This document shows positions 42,825 to 53,788 of a stretch of DNA of 64,000 nucleotides, piece after piece. The stretch is from contig OY968762.1 of NCBI GenBank assembly GCA_963695225.1, positions 2,592,001 to 2,656,000 of the forward strand, given 5' to 3'. Source of the DNA: Vulcanimicrobiota bacterium (GTDB taxonomy: Bacteria; Vulcanimicrobiota; Vulcanimicrobiia; Vulcanimicrobiales; Vulcanimicrobiaceae). Under the pieces are notes generated by a model, which saw nothing but the letters and a program-made list of their open reading frames with translations, did no database searches and was not told the origin of the DNA. Made by a program: the position numbers and the translations under genes. Every line of letters starts with the position of its first letter. Position 1 is the stretch's first letter.

Positions 42825-44884
42825 AACGACCGCTCGTGCCGAGCGACCTCTACCGCATCGCGTTCGCCGGCGATCCGCGCCTGCTGCCCCAAGGGCGCGT
42901 GGTCTACGTGCGCGGCGCGCTGGATGAAGAGCGCGACGAAGCGCAAACGAGCGTGTGGATCGCGCGAGCCGGCGAAGCAGCGCGGGCGCTGACGCACGGA
43001 ACGAAGGATCGAATGCCGCGCCCGTCTCCCGCGGGGAAGGACGTCGCGTTCGTCGCGGACCGGGGCGAGGGAACGCGCATTTACCTGCTCCCGCTCGAAG
43101 GCGGAGAAGCGCGCCCCGTCTCCCCCGTGCACAAGGAGATCGGCGGACTCGTTTGGTCGCCGGACGGTTCGCTGCTCGCCTACACCGCGCGAACGGAGCG
43201 CGAACGCGAGACGGCGCGGATCTTCCACGACGAGAAGAGCGGGGCGCGGCACATCCGCGCGCTGCCGTTCAAGAGCGACGACGACGGCCTGTTCGACGGC
43301 ACGCGCAGGCACCTCTTCGTTCTCGATCCGTTCGCCGCGGGCGAACCCGTGCGCCTGACGCACGGCGATTTCGACGTGCAGACTCCGTGCTGGTCGGCCG
43401 ACGGGCGCAAGCTCGCGTTCGCCGCGCAAATCGACGCGCCCGAGTGGTCGTTCTTCTCCGACATCTACGTCCTCGACCGCGGCGACGGAACGATGCGCAA
43501 CGTCACGGGCGGCCTCGGCCCCATGATCTTTCCCGCGTTTTCGCACGACGGGCGCGAGATCGCGTTTCTCGGGCACCTGCGCGGCGACGATACGGGCGGA
43601 CGCTTCAACCCCGAATTGCTCGTCGTCGATCTCGCGAGCGGAGCGATCCGCTCGCTCTCGAGCGCGCTCGACCGCCCCGTCGGCGACTTCGTCATCTGCG
43701 ACATGCGCGGTGCGGGGGGAATGCAGCCCCCGGCTTGGTCCGAGGACGACGCGGAGGTGTTCGTCCTTGTCAGCAGCGAGGGGACGAGCGGCGTGCGCGC
43801 GTTCCGCCGCGACGGTTCCGGCGTGCGGACGGTCCTCGGCGGAGAGCGCGACGTGTTCGCGTTTTCGCGCGACTCAAGCGGTGCGATCGCGTTCGCGTAT
43901 TCCGATCCGCTCACCCCGTGCGACGTCGCGCTGCTCGACGAGCGGGGCGTCGAAACGCGCCTGACGCGAGGGAACGCCTGGCTCGACGAGCGCACGATTC
44001 GCGCGCCGCGGCGGTTCCGTCCGCGGACGGACGACGGCGCGACGCTCGACCTCTTCGTGCTGGAGCCCGATGAGCCGCGCGGCGCCCCGCTCGTGCTGCA
44101 AGTTCACGGGGGTCCGCACACGGCCTACGGCTTCGCGTTCTTCTTCGAATTCCAGATGCTCGCGGCGCACGGCATCGGCGTCGCATACGGGAATCCGCGC
44201 GGGAGCCAGACGTACGGCGGAGCCTACGCTGACGCGATCACCGGGGATTGGGGTGGGCGCGACGCGGCCGACGTGCTGGCGCTGCTCGACGCCGCGGAGG
44301 AACACGGCGAGTGGGATCGCGCGCGGATCGGCCTCGCGGGCGGATCGTACGGCGGCTTCATGACGACGTGGCTGCTCGGCCACTCCTCGCGGTTCGCCGC
44401 CGGCATCTCGATGCGAGCGGTCAACGATTTCGTCAGCGAAGTCGGCGCCGCCGACATCGGTTGGTTCCTCGAGCGCGAATTGAACGCGTCCTGGGAAGAC
44501 GACGGCCGCCAATTGTTCGAGGGCTCGCCGATGCGCGCCGCGCGGCGCATCGACGTCCCGCTCTTGATCGAACATTCGGAACGGGATTACCGTTGCCCGA
44601 TCGATCAGGCGGAACAAATCTTCGCGTTGTTGCGGCGCCTGGGGCGAACGGCGGAGTTCGTGCGCTTCACGGGTGACGGGCACAACCTCTCGCGCAGCGG
44701 CAAGCCGCGCAACCGCGTCTTGCGCCTGCGCGCGATCGCGCACTGGTTAATCCGATATTTACATCCGCGTGGTATCGTTCCGGTGGGCGATCACGCGGGT
44801 TCGCTCTTCGAACCGCTCGCGACCGAGGCCGATCCGTCCTCGGCTCCCGCTGCCCGCTTGGAGCCCGCGTCGATCGGGAAATAG
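42821..44884 (+). CDS. S9-family (acylaminoacyl/prolyl oligo-) peptidase
   Basis: beta-propeller WSPDG repeats, VHGGPH, GGSYGG, DYRCP, HNLSR. Confidence 0.93.
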   Translation: MKRPLVPSDLYRIAFAGDPRLLPQGRVVYVRGALDEERDEAQTSVWIARAGEAARALTHGTKDRMPRPSPAGKDVAFVADRGEGTRIYLLPLEGGEARPVSPVHKEIGGLVWSPDGSLLAYTARTERERETARIFHDEKSGARHIRALPFKSDDDGLFDGTRRHLFVLDPFAAGEPVRLTHGDFDVQTPCWSADGRKLAFAAQIDAPEWSFFSDIYVLDRGDGTMRNVTGGLGPMIFPAFSHDGREIAFLGHLRGDDTGGRFNPELLVVDLASGAIRSLSSALDRPVGDFVICDMRGAGGMQPPAWSEDDAEVFVLVSSEGTSGVRAFRRDGSGVRTVLGGERDVFAFSRDSSGAIAFAYSDPLTPCDVALLDERGVETRLTRGNAWLDERTIRAPRRFRPRTDDGATLDLFVLEPDEPRGAPLVLQVHGGPHTAYGFAFFFEFQMLAAHGIGVAYGNPRGSQTYGGAYADAITGDWGGRDAADVLALLDAAEEHGEWDRARIGLAGGSYGGFMTTWLLGHSSRFAAGISMRAVNDFVSEVGAADIGWFLERELNASWEDDGRQLFEGSPMRAARRIDVPLLIEHSERDYRCPIDQAEQIFALLRRLGRTAEFVRFTGDGHNLSRSGKPRNRVLRLRAIAHWLIRYLHPRGIVPVGDHAGSLFEPLATEADPSSAPAARLEPASIGK

Positions 44885-44958
44885 ATCGGAGACGAGCCGC
44901 AGCCGCAACGTCATCCCGAGCTTGCCGAAGGATGCGCCGTCAGCACAGGAGCTTCCGG

Positions 44959-47337
44959 ATGAGCGACGTAGCGACCGACCCGCGCGAGTTGACTCCCGAA
45001 GAACTGCACGGGATCGACGCCTACTGGAGGGCGGCGAATTATCTCTCCGCCGGGCAGATCTATCTGCTCGACAATCCGCTGTTGCGCGAGCCGTTGCGGC
45101 TCGAGCACGTCAAACCGCGTTTGCTCGGCCACTGGGGAACGACGCCGGGCCTCAATTTCGTGTACGTGCACCTCAACCGGCTGATCCGCCGGCACGATGT
45201 CGACGTGCTCTACGTTGCGGGGCCGGGGCACGGCGGGCCGGGGCTCGTTGCGAACGCGTATCTCGAGGGGACGTACAGCGAGCTCTATCCGCAGATCGCC
45301 CCGAACGAAGCGGGGATCGGGAAGATGATGAAGCGCTTCTCGTTCCCCGGCGGCGTCGGCAGCCACGCGACGCCGGAGACCCCCGGTTCGATCAACGAAG
45401 GCGGTGAGCTAGGCTATTCCCTCGCGCACGCGTACGGCGCCGCGTTCGACAATCCGAACTTGCTCGTCGCGTGCGTCATCGGCGACGGCGAGGCGGAGAC
45501 CGGCCCGCTCGCCGCGAGTTGGCATGCGAACAAGTTCCTCGATCCGCAGCGCGACGGCGCGGTGCTGCCGATCCTGCATCTCAACGGGTACAAGATCGCG
45601 AACCCGACGATCCTCGCGCGAATCCCGCGCGACGAACTGACGGCTCTGTTGACGGGGTACGGATACGAGCCGCATTACGTCGAGGGGCACGAGCCGGAGG
45701 CGATGCATCGCCTGATGGCGGCGACGCTCGAGACGGTCTACGCGCGCATCCTCGCGATCCAAGCGGAGGCTCGCGAACGCGGCACGGTGACGCGCCCGCG
45801 TTGGCCGATGATCGTGCTGGTCTCGCCGAAAGGCTGGACGGGGCCGAAGTTCGTCGACGGTAAGCAGATCGAGGGGACGTTCCGCGCGCATCAGGTCCCG
45901 GTGACGGGCTTCGCGGAGCATCCCGAGCATCTCACGATCCTCGAGGATTGGATGCGCTCCTACCGGCCGGAAGAGTTGTTCGATGCGAACGGCGCATTCG
46001 TCCCCGAGCTCGCCAAACTCGCTCCCGCCGGAGTAAAACGTATGGGCGCGAACCCGGTCGCGAACGGCGGCTTGCTGTTGCGCGATCTCGCGATGCCGGA
46101 TTTTATCGCGCATGCGGTGCCCGTGACGGAGCCCGGTGCCTCGACCGGCGAATCGACGCGCGCGCTCGGAGCGTTCCTGCGCGACGTGATGCGCGCCAAC
46201 TCCGCGACGTTTCGCGTGTTCGGGCCGGACGAGACCGCCTCCAACCGTCTCGGCGCGCTCTTCGAAGTGACGAACCGCGAATGGACGGAGACGATTCTGC
46301 CGACGGACGATCATCTCGCGCACGACGGGCGCGTCCTCGAAGTGCTCAGCGAACATCTCTGCGAGGGCTGGCTCGAGGGCTACCTGCTAACCGGAAGGCA
46401 CGGGTTCTTCTCGTGTTACGAGGCGTTCATCCACATCGTCGATTCGATGGTGAATCAGCACGCGAAGTGGCTGAAGATCTGCCGGGAAGTGCCGTGGCGC
46501 CGTCCGATCGCCTCGTTGAACATCCTCTTGACCTCGCACGTCTGGCGGCAGGATCACAACGGCTTCAGCCATCAGGATCCCGGCTTTCTCGATCACGTGA
46601 TCAACAAGAAGGGGAACGTCGTCCGCGTCTACTTGCCGCCGGACGCGAACACGCTGCTCTCGGTCGCCGATCATTGCTTGCGCAGCCGCAATTACATCAA
46701 CGTGATCGTCGCAGGAAAGCAGCCCGCGCCGCAGTGGCTCGATATCGACGCCGCGATCCGGCACTGCACGGTCGGTCTCGGGATCTGGGAGTGGGCGAGC
46801 AGCGACGACGGGATCGAGCCGGACGTCGTGATGGCGTGCGCGGGCGACGTCCCGACGCTCGAAACGCTCGCGGCCGTCAGCTTCCTCAGGGAGCATCTTC
46901 CCGAACTGCGCATCCGCGTCGTCAACGTCGTCGATTTGATGACGCTCCAGCCTCCCGGCGAACACCCGCACGGGCTCGCCGATGCGGAATTCGATGCGAT
47001 CTTCACCGCCGACAAGCCGATCGTGTTTGCGTTCCACGGCTATCCATGGTTGATCCACCGCTTGACGTACCGGCGCAACGGACACGATAACTTGCACGTG
47101 CGCGGGTACATCGAAGAGGGGACGACCACGACGCCGTTCGACATGGCCGTTCGCAACCGGCTCGACCGTTACCACCTCGCCTCGGACGCGATCGATCGCG
47201 TCCCGCGCCTGCGCGAGCGCGCGGCGCACGCGCAGCAGCTCATCCGCGACACGCTCGTCGACCATCGCCGCTATATCGAGCGCTTCGGAGACGACCCGCC
47301 CGCAATCCGCGACTGGACCTGGAAAGGCGCGCGCTAG
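44959..47337 (+). CDS. xfp: phosphoketolase
   Basis: [42 protein letters not shown]. Confidence 0.96.
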   Translation: MSDVATDPRELTPEELHGIDAYWRAANYLSAGQIYLLDNPLLREPLRLEHVKPRLLGHWGTTPGLNFVYVHLNRLIRRHDVDVLYVAGPGHGGPGLVANAYLEGTYSELYPQIAPNEAGIGKMMKRFSFPGGVGSHATPETPGSINEGGELGYSLAHAYGAAFDNPNLLVACVIGDGEAETGPLAASWHANKFLDPQRDGAVLPILHLNGYKIANPTILARIPRDELTALLTGYGYEPHYVEGHEPEAMHRLMAATLETVYARILAIQAEARERGTVTRPRWPMIVLVSPKGWTGPKFVDGKQIEGTFRAHQVPVTGFAEHPEHLTILEDWMRSYRPEELFDANGAFVPELAKLAPAGVKRMGANPVANGGLLLRDLAMPDFIAHAVPVTEPGASTGESTRALGAFLRDVMRANSATFRVFGPDETASNRLGALFEVTNREWTETILPTDDHLAHDGRVLEVLSEHLCEGWLEGYLLTGRHGFFSCYEAFIHIVDSMVNQHAKWLKICREVPWRRPIASLNILLTSHVWRQDHNGFSHQDPGFLDHVINKKGNVVRVYLPPDANTLLSVADHCLRSRNYINVIVAGKQPAPQWLDIDAAIRHCTVGLGIWEWASSDDGIEPDVVMACAGDVPTLETLAAVSFLREHLPELRIRVVNVVDLMTLQPPGEHPHGLADAEFDAIFTADKPIVFAFHGYPWLIHRLTYRRNGHDNLHVRGYIEEGTTTTPFDMAVRNRLDRYHLASDAIDRVPRLRERAAHAQQLIRDTLVDHRRYIERFGDDPPAIRDWTWKGAR

Positions 47338-48428
47338 CGCGCAGCGGCGGCGACGCTGCGCGCTAGCTGCCAGTTCTCGCGCGCGGCCACCACGTAGGCG
47401 CCGGCGCGCGAATCAGCCGACGAAATGCGGCCTTCGCCGGCGAGCGCCTCGTTCGCGGCTGCGTCGAGCACCGTCCCCCAGGCGGCGGCGCCTTCCAAGG
47501 CCGCGGCGCGGATCGAGGGGACGTGCTCGCCGATCCCCCCGGTGAACGCGATCGCGTCGACGCCGCCGAGCGTCGCGATCATCGCGCCGAGCGCCGAACG
47601 CACGCGCCAGGCCAGCACGTCGAGCGCGAGCCGCGCCGCGCGATCGCCGGGCGCGGCGAGCAGGTCGCGAACGTCCCCGCTCCTCCCGGAGATGCCGAAC
47701 AGGCCGGAACGGCGTTCGAGCATTTCCTCGAGTTCCTCGGGTGTCATCCCCATCCGGAGCAGGCGCAGGATGAGCCCGGGATCGACGGAGCCGGAACGCG
47801 TCGCCATCGGGATGCCCTCGAGCGGCGTGTAGCCCATCGTCGTATCGATGCTCTCGCCGTTGCGCACGGCGCAGAGCGACGAGCCGCCGCCGAGGTGCAG
47901 CGTGACGATGCGCGCGGCGCGAACGTCGATCCCCGCGAGCGCGGCGGCGCGGTGCGCGGCGTATTCGTGGCTGAGGCCGTGATAGCCGATCCGGCGCAAG
48001 CCGCGCTGCGTCAGTTCGCGCGGGATCGCGTACGTCGTCGCAGCGGGCGGGAGCGTGCGGTGGAACGCGCTGTCGGAGACGGCGAATTGCGGAAGCTCAG
48101 GGCGCCGGCGCCGCACCTCCGCCGCGGCGCGCAGCGCGGGCCCAGCATGCAGCGGCGCGTCGCTCGCGACTTGGGCGATCGAAGCGAGCGCCTTCTCATC
48201 GAGCGGGATCACCGGCGGCAAGCCGAGCGGAACGCGCACGAAGCGATGCGCGACGAGGGCGATCTCGCCCGCGAGCGCCGGGCCGAGGATCGCGTTCCAG
48301 CCGTCACTCCCGGCAGCCGCGGAGGCGAGCGGCGCCGGGGGCGAATCGATCGGCGGGAGCGGATCGGCGAGGGCGTACGTCTCGAGCTTGAGGGAAGTCG
48401 AACCCGCGTTGACCGTCAGGACGTGCAC
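47334..48428 (-). CDS. ackA: acetate/propionate kinase
   Basis: [39 protein letters not shown]. Confidence 0.93.
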   Translation of the reverse strand: MHVLTVNAGSTSLKLETYALADPLPPIDSPPAPLASAAAGSDGWNAILGPALAGEIALVAHRFVRVPLGLPPVIPLDEKALASIAQVASDAPLHAGPALRAAAEVRRRRPELPQFAVSDSAFHRTLPPAATTYAIPRELTQRGLRRIGYHGLSHEYAAHRAAALAGIDVRAARIVTLHLGGGSSLCAVRNGESIDTTMGYTPLEGIPMATRSGSVDPGLILRLLRMGMTPEELEEMLERRSGLFGISGRSGDVRDLLAAPGDRAARLALDVLAWRVRSALGAMIATLGGVDAIAFTGGIGEHVPSIRAAALEGAAAWGTVLDAAANEALAGEGRISSADSRAGAYVVAARENWQLARSVAAAAR

Positions 48429-48465
48429 GCTGACCTCCGATGCGCCGCGGGTTCTTGGTGCCTCG

Positions 48466-51400
48466 CTAGTTCGTTCCCGAACGCCGGACCGAGGGATTGG
48501 TGATGCGCGACGACGTGACGGTGACCGGGATCGTCAGATGGTTGTTGTTCGCATCGGCGATCGTGACGAGGGTGGTGCCGGAGGTCAGCGCCGTGAGCGT
48601 CAGCTGCGCGCGGCCCGCTCCGGCTGCGGAGAGCGCTGCCGTTGCGATTTCGGGATGGGAGTTCACGACGGAGAACGCGCCCGCATACCCGGCTTCGGCG
48701 ATCGAGACGGTGTGCACCCCATTCGCGCCCTGCGCGATGCGCAGCACCACGCTCGAATCGCTCGCCGTAAGCCCGCCCGCCGAAACCGGCTGCGCCACCC
48801 CAGCCCGAGAACCGATCGGCGCGTAGCGCTCGCTGCGGCGCCGATTTGAAGCCGGGACGCCCGTTCCGACCGTGATCGTTGTGGTTACCGCCGGCGAGCC
48901 GTGGTCATCGGTGATCGTCGCGATGCACGTGCCGTCACCCAACGTGTTGAACGTGAAAGCCGCGCCGGAGTTCTGGCCCCCGCTACCAGCCAAAGACGCA
49001 GCCGACGTCAGGTTCAAGAACGCGGTGCAGGGCCCGGCCGGCGCGGGTGTCGCTAGGGCGATCGTGAACTGGCCCGTGAAATATGGTTCGGCCGCAATGA
49101 TGGAACCGGAAGCCGGCCAAGCGTAGGTTTGGCTCGCGGGCGCGCTCAGCGTGCCGGTGACGGTGAACGGTATCGTTTTCGCGGGGCTGCCGAGTGCGTC
49201 GAATACGGAAATGGTCGGCGTGCCTCCACTCTTACCCGTGACGGTGAAGGTTGCCGGCGAGCCGGACCCGCTCGGCCCGGAGACGGTCGCCGTGCCGTCG
49301 CTGCTCGTGGCGTGGAACGGGGCGCCGCGGAACTCGGTGGCCGTGATCGTCGCCGTCGTACCCGTGCCGGCAGAGTTGATCGTCGTAGTATCGGCGCTCG
49401 CCGTGAACGCCCCGGGTTGAACGGTGATCGTCGTCGCCGGCGTGGTCGTCTGGCCGTGGAGGTCCGAGAAGGTGACCGTGCACGAACCCGCCGTCGTGCC
49501 CGCGGTGAACGTGAACGTTGCGGAAGGCCCATTTTGCGGCGATGCGGTTGAAACGATGTTCGTGCAGCCGGTGAGGTTGGCGCTGATGCTGCTGCCGTAG
49601 TTCACCTCGGTTGCCGTCAGCGTACCGGTTGTTTCAGCCGATGTAATGGTGAGGGGTCCGGCCGGAGGGCTCAACATGCCGGTAACGGTCACCGTCAGCT
49701 TTACGGTGTGTCCGACGGTCGCGTCGTCGATCGAGATGATCGCAGTACCACCGCTCTTCCCGGTGATGGTGAAGTTTGCGCTCGGACCGGCTGCTAATGC
49801 CGGCGTGACGGTCGCTACGCCGGGGGTGTCGCTGACCGCCGTGAAATTACCGGTGAAGCCCGCCTCGCTTGCATTCACGGTGAACGGATTCGAGGTCGTG
49901 GCGCCGGCCGCGGTGCCGAACGCGTTGATCGTCTGGGCTGCGCTTGGGTTAAGCGTGACCGCGCCGGCGGCACTAACGTTGATCGTCGCCGGGTCCGAAG
50001 CCCCGTGGAGATCGCTCACTGTGGCCGAGCACGACCCCTGGCTGACACCCGTGAAGGTGTAGCTCGTACCGGCGCTCGCGGTTCCTGGGTTGCTTGCCGT
50101 CACGGTGGCGGGTCCCGAAAGGGTGACGACGCCGTTACAAGATGGGGCGTTAAGCGCGATCGTGAAAGTGCCGCTATAATATGGCTCGGTGACCGCGACC
50201 GTGCCCGTCCCCGGGACCGTGATCGAGGCGTTCGCCGCGGTTAATGGACCCGTGATCGTGAAGGCTACGGGCGTCGAGTGCCCGATCGTGTCCGAGATCG
50301 TGACGCTTCCCGTTCCTGCCGTTCCGGCCGTAACGGTGAACGTGATCGGACCCGGGCCGTTCCCGGACGCAGGGCTGACCGAGACGCCGCCGCTCGCTGC
50401 GGCGGAGATCGTTCCGGTGTAGTTCGTATCCGTGACGGTGATCGTTGCGGTGTTCCCGTTGCCGGCCGTGTTCACGGTTTGCGTGCTGGGCGTAACGGTA
50501 AACGTCCCCGCGCTGACGGTGATCGACGCGACGGCGTTCTGGCCAGGGTCGTCCGTCACCGTCGCCGAGCACGTGCCCGGAGCTTTCACGGCGAGCGAGA
50601 ACGACGCGCTCGAACCGGCTCCGCCCGTCGCGGTCTGCGGGGATGCCGTGGCGAGCGAAACAACGTTCGCGCAGGACGATGCGAGCGCGACGCCGATCGC
50701 GCCGCTGTAGTAGGGTTCCGTAGCCGTGAGCGTCCCCGAGATCCCGGAAATCGTCACTGGGTTCGCCGCGAGCGGACCGGTGACGGTCACGTTGAGGAAG
50801 CTGTTATGGGCGGGGTTCGTGTCGGCGATTGCTATGAGCGCCGGTCCGGGTGCCGTTGCCGTCACCGTGAAGGTCACGGGGCCCGGCCCGTTTCCGGAAG
50901 CGGGTGTGACCGTCGCGCTTCCGCTCGCTACTTGAGCGGTGATCGGGCCCGTGTAGTTCGTTTCGGTCGCCGTGAACGTCGCATGGTTGGGCGTGGTTCC
51001 GTTACCCGTCGAGAGCGACAGCTGACCCGGGGCGAGTGCGATCGTGCCGGAGGAGACCGTGACGCTGATCGTCGCCGTCTTCGCCGGAGTGTTGGCGTCC
51101 GAGACGGTGAGGGTCGTCTGACCGCCGTTCAGCGGCGTCACCGTGAACGTAGCGGGTCCGGGTCCGTTCGCGCTTGCGGGCGCGACGCTCACGATGTTGG
51201 GCGTCGAAGCGGTCACCGTGATTGCCCCGGTGTAGTTTGCCTCGGTCGCCGTAAACGTCTGGGGAGCCGTCGTCGTCGCGCTGAACGACAACGTCGCAGG
51301 GCTCAGGCTGATCGTGAGCGGGCCGTAGACCGTGACGGCGACGGTCTGGCTTTGCGCGTGGTTGTCGGTGAATTTCAGTGTGGCCGTTCCCGGGCCGACG

Positions 51401-52599
51401 GCGGTTACCGTGAACGTCGCGCTCGGGCCGGTCCCTGATGCGGTAACGGTTGCAACTCCGGCCGCCGATGACGTCGCCGTGATTGCGCCCGTGTAATTCG
51501 GTTCGGCGGCCGTCACCGTCGCGGTCGCGCCGGCGCTCGCCAGCGAGAGCGTCGCGGGGGTTGCCGTCAACGTCCCCGGCGTGGGGACGGTCACGGCAAC
51601 GGTTTGGCTTTGGCCGTGATTATCCGCGAAGGTCAACGTGGCGCTGCCGGGGGCAATGCCGGTCACCGTGAACGTCGCGCTCGGGCCTGACCCGGAGGCG
51701 GTGACGGTAGCGATCGTGGACGCCGACGAAGTTGCGGTGATCGGGCCAAGGTAGTCCGCTTCCGTCGCCGTTACCGTCGCGGTGCTCCCGGCTGCCACCG
51801 AAACCGTTCCCGGTGCAACCGCGAGCGCACCGGGCGCCGGCCCGGACGACCCGCCCTTGCCGCCGCCGCCGCCGGCGGCTGCGGCGATCAGGCCGAGGCC
51901 CCCGAGGATGCCCAGAACGGCTCCGCCGCCGCCTCCTCCGGGCCCGGCCGTGGGCTTCGGGAGCGGCGCGTCTTTCGTGGCGGCGATGACGTCGGGGTCG
52001 GGGCATTCGAGCGCAGCGAGGCCCGTCGCCAGCGAGGAGAGCAGCACCGCCGTCTCGGCGCCCGTCGGGCTGAACGTGTACGCTTGCCCGGCTTCCGCGG
52101 TGACCCCGCCGCCGGTACGGACTTCGCCCTGATAGACGGCGAGGACCGTTGCGCCCGCGTCGCCGGTTGCGACGCTGTAGATCGCGGGCGCCGTTGCCGT
52201 CGTCAGCGTCACTCCGGAGCTAACGCCGACCTGCCCGGAGGTCGCGACGATGCAGACGCCGCCTTGCGTCAGGTCGAGCGTGAGGCCGCCGTCGGTGCGC
52301 AGCACGCGCGCGGTCGTCGACGGGCCGAGGCGCACGCGCGCGGTATCCGCGAGCGCGATGTCCGCGAGCGAAGCGGCGGACGTCTTGAGCGTATCGCCTT
52401 CGCGCGTCCGCTGCGCGGTCGTTACGTCGTGCTCTTGGCCGGTCGTCGGTTTGACCGAGAGCGTCCCTTTCGTCTTCGTGACCACCGGAACGATCGGCGC
52501 GCTGCTCGCTTGACCGAGAGAGGACAGAACGAACGCGAGCGTTGCGGCGGCACTGAACGTCCGCCGGAAGAGAATGCGGTCGAAAAAACTAGGAGTCAG
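48466..52599 (-). CDS. large secreted Thr/Ala-rich Ig-like repeat protein with FecR-like N-terminal domain
   Basis: CTG start at 52599 behind AGGAG, matching the paralog's N-terminus; many ~90-aa beta-rich repeats. Confidence 0.85.
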   Translation of the reverse strand: MTPSFFDRILFRRTFSAAATLAFVLSSLGQASSAPIVPVVTKTKGTLSVKPTTGQEHDVTTAQRTREGDTLKTSAASLADIALADTARVRLGPSTTARVLRTDGGLTLDLTQGGVCIVATSGQVGVSSGVTLTTATAPAIYSVATGDAGATVLAVYQGEVRTGGGVTAEAGQAYTFSPTGAETAVLLSSLATGLAALECPDPDVIAATKDAPLPKPTAGPGGGGGGAVLGILGGLGLIAAAAGGGGGKGGSSGPAPGALAVAPGTVSVAAGSTATVTATEADYLGPITATSSASTIATVTASGSGPSATFTVTGIAPGSATLTFADNHGQSQTVAVTVPTPGTLTATPATLSLASAGATATVTAAEPNYTGAITATSSAAGVATVTASGTGPSATFTVTAVGPGTATLKFTDNHAQSQTVAVTVYGPLTISLSPATLSFSATTTAPQTFTATEANYTGAITVTASTPNIVSVAPASANGPGPATFTVTPLNGGQTTLTVSDANTPAKTATISVTVSSGTIALAPGQLSLSTGNGTTPNHATFTATETNYTGPITAQVASGSATVTPASGNGPGPVTFTVTATAPGPALIAIADTNPAHNSFLNVTVTGPLAANPVTISGISGTLTATEPYYSGAIGVALASSCANVVSLATASPQTATGGAGSSASFSLAVKAPGTCSATVTDDPGQNAVASITVSAGTFTVTPSTQTVNTAGNGNTATITVTDTNYTGTISAAASGGVSVSPASGNGPGPITFTVTAGTAGTGSVTISDTIGHSTPVAFTITGPLTAANASITVPGTGTVAVTEPYYSGTFTIALNAPSCNGVVTLSGPATVTASNPGTASAGTSYTFTGVSQGSCSATVSDLHGASDPATINVSAAGAVTLNPSAAQTINAFGTAAGATTSNPFTVNASEAGFTGNFTAVSDTPGVATVTPALAAGPSANFTITGKSGGTAIISIDDATVGHTVKLTVTVTGMLSPPAGPLTITSAETTGTLTATEVNYGSSISANLTGCTNIVSTASPQNGPSATFTFTAGTTAGSCTVTFSDLHGQTTTPATTITVQPGAFTASADTTTINSAGTGTTATITATEFRGAPFHATSSDGTATVSGPSGSGSPATFTVTGKSGGTPTISVFDALGSPAKTIPFTVTGTLSAPASQTYAWPASGSIIAAEPYFTGQFTIALATPAPAGPCTAFLNLTSAASLAGSGGQNSGAAFTFNTLGDGTCIATITDDHGSPAVTTTITVGTGVPASNRRRSERYAPIGSRAGVAQPVSAGGLTASDSSVVLRIAQGANGVHTVSIAEAGYAGAFSVVNSHPEIATAALSAAGAGRAQLTLTALTSGTTLVTIADANNNHLTIPVTVTSSRITNPSVRRSGTN

Positions 52600-52624
52600 A
52601 ATGGGAAGCTCCTAAGCCTGACCC

Positions 52625-53788
52625 ATGGGCCACAAGACGTGCGTCCTCGCTTGTTACATCACATGTGCGTTTGTCCTTGCTAACGTACAGGCGAGCAGCG
52701 CGGCTTCTTCACCGAAAGTCCCGCCACACCAGGTAGCAAGCCCCACGCAGGCTCCCGCGCTGCCGCCTGCGCCGCCGCCGCCGGTGAGCGGCGCGCAGCG
52801 CGCGCTCGACCGGTATCGGGCCGGGATCGCGGCACAGAATGCGGGCAAACTCGCCGTCGCCGAACGCGCCTTTCTCGACGGCGAGAACGCCGATCCGACG
52901 ATCGCCGAAAACTATCTCGCGCTTGCAGATCTGTACGTACGCCGCGGGAACCTCAAGGGGGCCGAGAGCCAGCTCCGCACGGTCGCCGCATTCCATCCGT
53001 CGCTCCCGCTCGTCCACTACAAGCTCGCGGAAGTGCAGCATCGCCGGCAGCTCGACGCGCTCGCGGTCGCAAACTATGATGCGGAACTTCGCATCTCGCC
53101 GGATTTCCGGCCGGCCCTCGAGGGCCGCGACGTCGCCTTGCGCGCGCTCAACGCGGCGATGCCGGTTTCCACCGGGAAGCCGGGGACGCCGGGGGCCATC
53201 GCGATCTCCCCGGACCTCATCGTCGATGCGCGCAGCTATCTGCTCGGGGAAGCGGACGATTTCAACTTCACGCGCGCGATGCCGCAGCGTGTCGACTCAT
53301 CGGATCCCGAGGTGCTCGGAAAAGGCTTGCGTTCGAATCCCACGGTCGCCGACGCGCTTGCGATCGGTTCCGCCGCGATGCAAACCGGGCGGTTCGATCT
53401 TGCAGCGCGCGCCTTCGACTACGCTTCGCGCACGGGACCGAAAGATTGGCGCGGCCCGTACCTCAGCGGCCTCGTCGCGCGGGTTGCGGGAGACCCGGTG
53501 ATGGCGCGCGAGTTGTTCTCGCAATCGCTCGTGCGCGAGGAGCGCCCGGAGGCGCTCGTCTCGCTCGCGCTGCTCGATCTGGAATCGGGCGACCTAACGC
53601 GCGCGAGCGAACAGGTGCGGCGCGCGGTCGCGCTCGCGCCCGGGTACGAGCCCGCGCTCTTTTCCGCGGGCATGATCGCGTTGATTCGCTCCGAGCCCGC
53701 CGATGCCGAGCGCGATCTCTCGGCCGCCGTCGCGCTGAAGACCGCGCCCGCGCGAACGGCGTTCTTCCTCTCGGCGGTGCGCCGCTAG
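52625..53788 (+). CDS. secreted TPR-repeat protein
   Basis: signal-like N-terminus, Pro-rich linker, TPR-like helical repeats. Confidence 0.8.
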   Translation: MGHKTCVLACYITCAFVLANVQASSAASSPKVPPHQVASPTQAPALPPAPPPPVSGAQRALDRYRAGIAAQNAGKLAVAERAFLDGENADPTIAENYLALADLYVRRGNLKGAESQLRTVAAFHPSLPLVHYKLAEVQHRRQLDALAVANYDAELRISPDFRPALEGRDVALRALNAAMPVSTGKPGTPGAIAISPDLIVDARSYLLGEADDFNFTRAMPQRVDSSDPEVLGKGLRSNPTVADALAIGSAAMQTGRFDLAARAFDYASRTGPKDWRGPYLSGLVARVAGDPVMARELFSQSLVREERPEALVSLALLDLESGDLTRASEQVRRAVALAPGYEPALFSAGMIALIRSEPADAERDLSAAVALKTAPARTAFFLSAVRR